NCBI RefSeq assembly: GCF_964355755.1
Contig: NC_092672.1
Location: 18,737,237-18,801,236 of the forward strand
Reading direction: 5' to 3'
DNA: 64,000 nucleotides
Source of the DNA: Antedon mediterranea
Taxonomy: Eukaryota > Animalia > Echinodermata
In this document: positions 54,101 to 64,000 of the stretch, in pieces
Position numbering within the stretch: the stretch's first letter is position 1
Layout of the letters: the number at the start of each line of letters is the position of its first letter
Notes under the pieces: model-generated
What the model saw: the letters and a program-made list of their open reading frames with translations, nothing else
Databases searched by the model: none
Told to the model about the DNA's origin: nothing
Made by a program: the position numbers and the translations under genes

Positions 54101-56172
54101 GAGTGTTGACAAAGTGCGAGGCAGCGAGGCAAGCGAGGCATGCGCGGCATGCCAAATATTTGTGCGAGGCATCATTTTATCATTTCCAAAAGTGCGAGGC
54201 ATGCGAGACATATAGTTTACAATTTCAAAAAGGTGCGAGGCATATCTTAACGTGCTATTATGCTATATTATAGGCCTAATAATCAATCGATACAAGCGTA
54301 TCTAAATAGATTCGTGTATACACTCATCATGTTGTTTATATTTATGTAACGATTGTTTTTTCATTCACGTCATAGGCCTATCGTGTCAAATTTTACTTTT
54401 ACAAAAGTGCCCAAACTACGGTTCAAAAATCTGAACGACAGTCTTCAACTTTCGACAAACAATAATTGTTATAGCGACACACTCATCAAATGACTGCAAT
54501 GTTTGTTGGCATTTCGAGCGTGTTCACTCGACCTCACATGTCTCTCGAACATAGCAGAGTGAAAATAATATTTTGTCACACTCCTGCGCCTAGATCCGGT
54601 AGACCCGAGAGATGGAAAATCCCTCTTTACTATTTAGCAGGTAGCGGAATGATTCAGCCCTCAGCTCAGAGGATTGTGGTGCATTCCCCTCCTATAGCAC
54701 GTGGTTTCAGCAGCAACGCACAGACTTCTCTCTGAGCGGCGTGCCAAAGACATTTTTGACATTCCATTCTCTAGGAACAACACGTGTACCTCTCTCGCAA
54801 ATAAGGTGAACAGCGATTGCCAGGACAAGTTCAATAACTGGCGGTGAATAAAAGGTAACTGATATGCCGATCCAATAACATGCCGCAAAGAAAAAAATTG
54901 CGACAGAATTCTGGAGCGCGTGTGAAAAAAGACTTACGTCCGACAATTGTAATACTAGGCCTAAAATTAAACTTTAGCTAATATGCTTAGCCCTAACCTA
55001 GATAAGAGGCCTATGTAGAAAATAATTTAATCAATTTTGATAAAATAATAATTGGTGTAATATTTAATAATGATACACTATTCCTGTTTTAGTAAGCTAG
55101 GTATATTACGAACGATTTTTATTTATTGTTGTCCATGTACGTACTAATAAACCTGGCGCTAGTTTCCGATCGTTTGTATTTTTACTCCAAATTTGATAAC
55201 TAACTTTATCGTGTGAATACCACACCTTAGAAGTATACCTCATGAGTACTTTAATGAAAGAATCACATAAAAAGTAACAAATAAATCCTTAAATTAATGA
55301 TTTTACAGGCGTGTTTCTCGCACACTGTTCGCGAATTTCACTTATTCAATGTTCAATATTTTTGTTTCTATGGAGCGCCAAAAGAGCAACGATAATAGAG
55401 GACTAAAACTCAGTGGAATGCGTCAATTTCTCATGCATTTATTGGTGAAAAACACGTTTTATTTCAATATATTTGTTAATTTGTCAATAAAAATGTTGTA
55501 ATATGTTACTGCTGATACTGTTCTGTTTTCAAAGAATAATAATCGATCCTAAATCAACATCACTACCTAGTCTAGACCTAGGACATCCTACTAAGGATAT
55601 TATGATGAATTTTTCTATTTTATTCTTTAAAAGGTTAACGAAACCGTGTACATTATCAACAGTAACATTTTTCCTTACTGACAGTGACAAAATCTATTGA
55701 AATTGTACTTGATTTTCACCAAATAATGCGTTAAATATAAATGGATTCCACAGAGTTTTTAGCCCTCTAATTAATTTTGCTCTTTTGGCGTTCCATAGAA
55801 ACCAAAATATTGAACATTGAGTGTGCGAAATGCGAGAAAAACAACGTCTGTAAAATCACCAATTTAATGGATTTATTGTTACTTTTATGTGATTTTTCTT
55901 CAATAAAGTAGGCCTACTAATTCTAAGCTGTGGTATTCAGGATAAAGTTGGTTAAAATACAAGGCAGGTGCAAAAGGAAACTAGCTTAGCGGGCCTAGGC
56001 CTAGAAACTACTTCAATTTCGGTGATTTCCTGCCTTGCAATTTTGAGAAATGATAAAATGATGCCTCGCATTTTTTGATGATGGTAAAACGATGCCTCGC
56101 ATAAATTTCTGACTTGCCTCGCATGCCTTCCCTGCCTCGCGTGCCTCGCTGCCTCGCACTTTGTTACTACCC
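54101..56172 (+). mobile_element. Mutator-like (MULE) non-autonomous element, about 2.07 kb
   Basis: Imperfect TIRs with repeated TGCGAGGCA motifs; perfect 9-bp TSD GTTCTAACT at 54092-54100 and 56173-56181. Confidence 0.85.
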
Positions 56173-59100
56173 GTTCTAACTAGGCCTAGGCATTTTATGT
56201 TATTTATTTTCTCTATAATATGGTTAAATTATTATCCAACTATGATTGTGAATCTTTGTATATTTTTTTAATAATTATGGTGACACACAATCGGACAATA
56301 GATTAATACTAGGCCTAGGCTAGGCCTATACTATAATAGTGAATAGGCTAGGCTACAGTAGTAGGACTAGCCTACCCAGGGAGTTGTTAATTAGACAACT
56401 CCCTGGCCTACCTAGGCCTATATGACATGAAGTTCATAATGTAGTGAGTACTGAATTTGATTGATTTATACTGTATGTGATGAACTGTATCTACTGTATG
56501 TGCCTACTGTATCTAGTAGGCTTAGGCCTACAGTATACTCTTTCCAAATATAAAATAAAAGTTGGGTGTTTACTTCGGTCATCTTTTGAGAGGCTTGGAA
56601 TACCCACAAAGACACCCTTTAACAACATAGCCTCATAGGCCTATTATTAATTGTTATTAAAAAGATGCTTAGTATTTATAAAATAATATATTATTATATA
56701 TTTCACCAGGTAGGCCTAGGTGCATAATTCCATACGGTACATTTTAAACAAATGAAATTGATAGATACTGTGGTATTCAAATAATAAGCTAGGCGCTACT
56801 ACTTATTTATGTTACATACTGGAAAAGACATACAGTATGTAAAATGAATTCATACAAAAATCCATAGCTCAATTAATTCAGTGTTTTAAATGGTATAAAA
56901 TGTGCCAAATTATATGCTATGTGTGTAATCTCACTTCATCAGGTGCATGAATTAATGGCCTAGTACATAATCATTATTTATTAAAGTTAAAAAAAGACCT
57001 ATTTTAATTTGAAAAAAAATTATTTTATCCAAAACCCTAAAATAATTAAAATGTCACTGCCTCAATGACCATATACAGCCTAGGCCTACTGTTTAAACAA
57101 AGTATTTATAGATGCAGGGCTATCCTAGGCCTAGTTACAAGCAAGTAAAAATATATTTAATACAAAAAATATCTGTAACATGAATTCACACACAAAGTGA
57201 TATGGTCTAGATACTGTATCAGTTAATTAAACCTTTCAGTGTTTTCTTTTTGAACAAGTATACTGTATATCTAACTTAGAGTGGACCTGATCGTCTTTTT
57301 CCCTATTTTTAAGTGGGCTAATGAAGGTGGTACCGAACGTCGACACAAATCTGGAACCTAGCGAAACAACTCTAACTAAGAAAGCCTACTATATGCAGTA
57401 GGCTTTGTTTTTGTTTGGAATGGGATTACTAGCCTAGAAAAAAAAGGCACAACCTTTATCGAGTTAAAAATAAAGCAGTAGTGTTCTTTCATTAATATAA
57501 TAATATAATATATTCATAACATTTCTTTAAAAAAAGACAATTTTATGAATACTCTTCAGAGATCCAGATGAATATTTACACTAATAATACTAATAATAAT
57601 ATATAACTTGGAAATTAGTAACTCTAAGTCTAGTATTAAGCCTAAGTCTGCTAGATAGCATTTACTTTAATAACATCCAATAATTACTGTTTATGTAGAA
57701 AAAGTGTGTATGGCTTTATTTTAAGCCTAGCACTATTATAGTACAGTAACTAGCAGTAACCTGTGCTCCATCTGCCTTAATATTTGGTTATACTAATTCG
57801 CATGGGATGAGTAAGTACTGTATAATATCCCTGATAAAAGTACGCTGACAAACTATTGTATCAAGAATAAATTCGGAACTATTTACAATACAGTCATTGA
57901 TTTTTTGTTCCTTCACCTTGAAATGTCTGTAAATTTAAAAATGAAAGCAATACTGGATGTGGAACTTCATTGTCTTACAGTAAGAATTTACAAAAATAAA
58001 AGAAAATAAAGAAAAATTGTGCTGTGTGAACATTAATCTAGGGTGCGCATTAGAAAGTGACAACATGCATGTCGAATAGAAGGGTAAGAAGCAAATTATA
58101 CAAATGACCTCATATTGCTCACAATTGATAATTTTAAATAATCTGTTTTCCATAATTGTGGTGTTTTTTTTGTGTAATGATTATTTTTATTCATTTACAT
58201 TTTTTTAAATTTTGATGGTTTTTGACATTTTGCATTTATTTTATTATTTACAAATTTCGCAAATTCGAACTCGACTGTACTAACTGAGTGAGTATTGATA
58301 TCAAAAGTCTTTACTCACTGAGCTAACCATGATTTACAAAATATTATAATTAAATGAAATGTTCCATAAATTGTTAATTATAATTGTTGATAATTTCAAG
58401 TTGTCAGTTCAGCAACTAGTTCTAAGAAATAGATACATTTGTTATTACAGTAATTTGCCAGCATTTAATTTTTTTTTTTGCTGGACTTTTTTATTTCAAT
58501 GCTAAATTGAATTACAATTAAAGCCTAAGATAATTTGCCACAATAACCTTTCAATAACATTTTTCTTTATTTTTACCAGATTCCTAAAATAATCCATTGG
58601 TCAAGTGTGGCTCACAATCAGCGATACATGTGAACAAGACTGTTGTTTTCTCTCATTTTGTTTATTGCCAACATAATACATGCCATTGTTTTAGGATTAT
58701 TTAACCCTACCCATCCAATTACAAACCTTTCCATTATAATAAGTGCTTCTTTTTTTTAAATGAAAGTACTGTACATTACCAAAGACTTCCAACTAGCTAC
58801 TAAGCTAGTACTACAAATAAACAGTGTGTTTTTAGATGAAAGAGTATGCCTCAACCAAAAACATTACTAACACCCCTTAGTAAATGAAATGGAATGAAGA
58901 GTCCCAACAAACATTTCTTGGATTCATCAAGTGAAGATGAGAATGAGATAAGCAACAACACTGTCTTGTTTTCAAACTCTTCCTACGGTATAAATTCATT
59001 GACAGTATAAATTTTGGCCATGTATTCCTAATTTACTTGACTGATTGTTTTTTATAGGAACCAATGAGGAGAAAAAAAAGAAATATTCGTCATCCCATGA

Positions 59101-59679
59101 GGAATTTCAGAAAGCAGTTCTCAGGCACAGTGGTTTTTTCTATGTTAAAGGGGAAATTGACTGAGTAAGTTTATTGTAAAAATGTAATGTAAATACATTG
59201 TTCAAAAGTGTTCACAATTTTTTATTTTGCACAAACTTTTATTACAGTACAACCTCAATTGTAAATCGATGATGATGTAGAGGGGGCATTTGTAATCTCC
59301 TTACTGTTGTAAAGATAGGCTAAAACAGACATACAGGTAGGTCATTTCAATTGCTAATTTGATCAACTAAGACAATTAATGTTGATGTTGTAATTAGTAA
59401 ACATATTCACAATGAATCAGCAGAAAGAAAATATGATGTTAACAAGATTTGTATTTTTTTTAGATTTATTTTTAAAATGTATTTCATTATTCATATAATA
59501 TATAATTCATTTTTTTTTTTTATTAAAAGAAAATTTTTTAATTTAAAAATTTGTTAATATTGATAATTAAATTTTCTTTTTCCAGCATTTGTTAAATTGT
59601 AAACATATATTTTATTGTATATTATATTTGTTAAAAGTAAGGAAAACATAAAGCAGTGGGTGTACCTCAAAAGCCATTG

Positions 59680-60280
59680 ACAGTATTGGCTAGTGATATT
59701 GTTGTACCTAATTGGTAATGGTAAATGTCTATTCCACCTTTTTTTGTTTTACCATCTGCAAGCAAGCATTCTTGTGACAAAGAGATATCATGTAATGTAA
59801 TACTACAATTTTTGTTGCAGTCTTTCACTAGAATAATTAATTGTAGTCTTTTTTCATTTTGATTTAGAAAATATGTTATCTTATCTTCTTTCTCAGACAT
59901 TTCTATTTCCTTCCCAAGTAACAGGGGTGGATCTTGGATTTTGATAAATAGGGAGCCGATGGGAAAATAATCATCTAGGGGGGTTTTTCTAGATGCCCGG
60001 AGATAGCATCTGAGACGTTTTTGCCAGTCGATTCTTGTCATATAATTATCTGAATATAGTGGGTTTTATAGACCATAGCCTATTATATATACGAAACTGT
60101 TTTTTTTTTCTCTTTTGTGCCAATAGCATAAAGCCTGTTCTCCTGTTAACGAAACGTTTCGACTAGTTGCGTTAAGTTGTGTCGAATTTTCAAATCATTA
60201 AAGTTGGAAAGAGCCGGACCAAGATCGTTAATGTTTCTTGGTTCTTTCGAGCGTTGCTGGGACAGATGGATATGAAGTTG
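59680..60280. repeat. Dispersed direct duplication; second copy at about 62372-62838
   Basis: cagtatt(g/a)gctagtgatattgttgtacc...gaccatagcct and gatcgttaatg...gaagtt occur in both places with indels. Confidence 0.85.
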
Positions 60281-61609
60281 AACATCTCAAGGTAGTTTTC
60301 ATTTGATATACATTTCTCTGTTTAAATGTCACATTATAATGAGCATGAATTCATTTTGTTTTGTTTTTTGGTTTTCTCTACAACATTACAATATTCAGGA
60401 GCATGAATTGATTGTAAATCATATTAGCTGATCATAGTCAATATCAAATACAAATGCTATATTAAAATGCTGCTATGTAACTTGGGTGTAGGTGTAGTAA
60501 TGTGTCATTGTATCTTGACACAGGAAACCTATTAATTGCCAAACTATGATTTGATATATTTTTGTTCTTTATTGATTGATGATATGGATATGAATCAGAA
60601 AATGTGGAGCTGAGCAGAGTTGATGAATGAAAAGCTTCTCAAACAAATTGACAAACTGAATGAAGTGGTTGCTGTATGGAGTGTAATTGTAAGTTTCATG
60701 TTTAATATTTATATTTAACATTGAAACTAATAAATTCCACCCATATTCATGTGATGTATGTTTTGATATACAGTACTCCTATTTCATATTTTTTTTAATT
60801 GGATATTACTGTCAGCAAATTACCTAATTCTGGGATTTGTCTGTTATTATAAATGTTGACTATTGTTGTGTACATATTCACATACATGTGTTTTTCTGTT
60901 TATTATTTTCTTGGACTGTAGATCTGCCAGATGTTTTACGTAAACATGGCGATTGTTTAGCAGATGTGTCCACCAAACGATCGTCTGTGTTTTCCAGATC
61001 AATTGCGACAATCTCTGGCAAAAAGAATCCTAGGTAATTCATCAAGTTCATTTTACAATTTATCTTCTGTTACAATAGGTGTTCAAAATTAATCATTTTT
61101 ACGCCTTGTATATTTGTCCGGAATTACATAGTGCAGTAAAATAGTGAAACTGAGTTTAAGGTTAGTTGCTCTATGTAATGCTGAACGAATGATCACAGCC
61201 TTCTTTTGGAGTGGAGTTGTGGCTGGGTGGTTATGATGATTTTGTACCAATTCAAGGGTCCTGGGTTTTCAGTCCTGTCAGATGTCAAGATTTTTTCTAA
61301 TGACTAATTTGTTTATGTAGAGCATCTTCTGTATGTTTGTCTTTTGAATAGGATTGCCACCTTTTAGAAGGATAGTGAATGAATTCGCTTATGGTTATCC
61401 TTGGCAATTTCCCTAAATACAGAAAGAATTTTATTAATTCATTCTTTTCTCAGTATAGAAGTAATTTAGAAGTTATAGTCACAACTTTAAATTGACTTTT
61501 ATTAATACAACAAACTAAATATTATTGTGCTGTCAGTATTTCTTTAATTTATAGTGTGTTGCAATTTCCACTATCAAAGAGTTTCTTTAGCAATATCTTA
61601 ATCATCATA

Positions 61610-62150
61610 ATCTCGTTTGTCCACTTATGGTGCCAGACCTTCTTGTCCTCCACCCTTTTTTCGATCCCCATCTACAGTACTATACCTTGGTCCACTTCTC
61701 TTCCATTATGCTTAATACAGTGTATCCATCTCTTTCTCGCCACCCCCTGTTGGTCTTCTACCCACTCCTACTCTTTCTGCAATCCATCCGATTATAGCAT
61801 TTTTCTCCCTCATTTTCATATATCCATAATATCAGAGCCTGCATTCTTGAATTTTATCCCTCATTTTTCTAACTTATAGTTTCACTCTTTTGATAGCTCT
61901 CATGCGTCTCATCTCAACAGCCTCCAGTTTCTTTATCTGCCATCGAGTTTCCGCCCCATGCATGCCTACTGGTCTAGTCATGTAGTCTTATACCTGGCTC
62001 TAGCTTCCTTGGCATCTCGTCATATATCATTCACTCACCTTTTCCTTGCAGTCTTCTTCAGTTCTCTGTCCTTATGTAACCAGCTGCCTAGATACGTAAC
62101 CTACTTTAGTTGATATCTATATCTATGCCTGAAGACTCACAGATTGCTGG
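61610..62150 (-). mobile_element. Degenerate 3' fragment of an RTE-clade LINE
   Basis: Minus-strand reading gives RPVGMHGAET..KKLEAVEMRRMRAI..RDKIQECRL*YYGYMKMRE..GRRPTG..RERWIHCIK, resembling the RTE ORF C-terminus. Confidence 0.65.
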
Positions 62151-63448
62151 CATATTACACCTTTTTCTTAGCCTTGCTCATCCTTCCTATCAGTTATTGG
62201 GTTTCTAACTACCGTTTTTGTTTATTCAGATTAAATTGGCAGGAAGGCCCCAAAATATGTTGTGAAAATGTGAACAAGGGTAACTTAAAAAATTAAATAC
62301 AGTAGATGCCTATTTCTTTTCAAGGGAACATATGGTATTCCTTGTTAATCTGTGTCCGATGTGCACTAAACCAGTATTAGCTAGTGATATTGTTGTACCT
62401 GATTGGTAATGGTAAATGATTCCACCTTTTTTGTTTTACCATCTGCAAGCAAGCATTCTTGTGACAAAGGGATATCATGTAATACTACAATATTTGTGGC
62501 AGTCTTTCACTAGTATAATTGTAGTCTTTTTTCATTTTTTTATAGCCATCTAATGGAGATCTTCTTTCCCAGGCATTTCTATTTCCTTCCCAAGTAACAG
62601 GGGCGGATCTAGGATTTTGATAAATAGGGTGGGGGGGCCGATATGGGAAAATAATCGTTTTTCTAGATGCCCGGAGATACAGTAGCATCTGAGGTGTTTT
62701 TGCCAGTCGATTCTTGTCATATAATTATCTGAATGTAGTGGGTTTTATAGACCATAGCCTATTTACACATTTTTTACGCGATCGTTAATGGTTTCTTGGT
62801 TCTTTCGAGCGTTGCTGAGACAGATAGATGTGAAGTTTTTGCGAAGCCAAGGGCGGTCATGTGCGGCGGGGCCCGCGTAAAAATTGGAAAAGTTATGGGT
62901 TTTGATGCTTCAACTTCAATTTATGAAGCATTTGATCCGTCAGTCTTTTAACGATCGTAATGTTGAAGTTGAACTCAGATTTAAACGATTTTTAATGTTG
63001 ATTTGTACACCCTTTTCCTGTAAAAGCGTTGACAAAATCGTATGTAAATGGATACATAATATATATGTATATATATAAATCCGCCCCCCCTGAGTAATGA
63101 TATTGCTTATCAATTCCTTTCCATCTTTCCTTCAATGGAATTCAACACCTTATGCCCTCCTCTTCTCTTCCAATTCTGTATTTCTAGCCTTCATTCTTTG
63201 TACCTCCTGTAGGAAACCTTGGTTCTCCGACATAAATCTGTCCCCTCACCCATTCATTAGTTTTTCCCTCTGTCCATCTAACTCTTAGAATCGTCCAACA
63301 CAGTCTCATCTCAAATAAGACATATTAATTTGGCAGCTGTAACTGGAGGTTTTATGACATATCCGATACAGCTACTGTATAAAAACCCATCACATGTTTG
63401 AGAGGATGGTGGGGATATTTCTGCTTGGGCTAGTGGTTGTAAGCTATC

Positions 63449-63895
63449 AAATTGACCAGAATTGTAAACGACATTATTAAAGTATTTTAGTTATCTCTGG
63501 GAAGGGGATGGGAGGTTGGGGTGGGGCTGTAGGTTTAGGCAATATGACACCTATTCATTTGCATAGTTTGCAAAGTACTTAAACTATGCCTTAAACAGCT
63601 ATGCATCACCCTCTTATTAAGACGAAGAAGAATTAAAATGTTTGGTATCAAATGACCACAATTGTACCTGGAAAGTTCTAAACTATATTTCAACATCATC
63701 CGCCATCTTGGATTCAAGTGGGAGAGGGGGTGGGGAAATAGGGTCAGGTGTGGGGTAGAGGGGATAGTGAGGATTTTGCTTAGGTTAGGGATAGTAGGCT
63801 ATCAAACAAATTGACCAGAATTGTGGTTGAATAATGTTAAAGTATTTTAATTATCGCTGGGAAGGGGCTGGGAGTTTGGGGTGGAGATGTAGCCT
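63449..63895. repeat. Degenerate repeat with a period of about 360 bp and G-rich blocks
   Basis: aaattgaccagaattgt...aaagtatttta.ttatc.ctgggaagggg.tgggag occurs at about 63449 and 63808. Confidence 0.6.
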
Positions 63896-64000
63896 ATTTC
63901 CGATGACCGAAACTGTACTGGAAATGTTTTAAACTACATTTGAAAACTGCCACTGAGGGATTATGGGTTGGGAGTGATGGCTAACATAATTTGTACTGGA

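Noticed and set aside
53456-55700. Two identical 65-aa ORFs on opposite strands
   Set aside because: A by-product of the inverted MULE-like copies; no recognisable protein features.
59667-60041. 124-aa minus-strand ORF
   Set aside because: Lies within a duplicated repeat whose second copy is disrupted; no recognisable domain.

Overview
AT-rich eukaryotic (probably marine invertebrate) genomic DNA, not prokaryotic. Bases 1-47.5 kb hold a dense, divergently arranged double tandem array of intronless immunoglobulin-superfamily type I membrane receptor genes. There are 13 genes (L1-L13, plus one fragment) on the minus strand from <1 to 24765, and 9 genes (R1-R9, plus one pseudogene) on the plus strand from 28345 to 47465. 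All encode about 450-465 aa proteins: signal peptide, V-type Ig, C2-type Ig with an extra Cys pair, a third Ig domain, stalk, TM helix and a tyrosine-motif tail (nectin/CADM-like layout). N-terminal domains are strongly diversified, while TM and tail are nearly identical at the nucleotide level within each array, giving a variable/constant design apparently kept by gene conversion and unequal crossover rather than splicing. Every one of the 22 genes has a fixed-spacing upstream element, GTAACA-N17-(T/A)GC (4 of 22 slight variants), 150-350 bp before its ATG, reminiscent of the per-gene conserved promoter element of clustered protocadherins. The spacer between the arrays has two tRNA-Asp(ATC)-like genes, a palindromic MITE and a 1.6-kb TIR element. 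A degenerate CR1/L2-type LINE lies inside the right array. The last 16 kb are repeat-rich: a minisatellite, a Helentron-like element, two inverted Mutator-like elements, an RTE fragment and many putative transposon excision footprints. Function (self/non-self, neuronal or immune recognition) is inference only.
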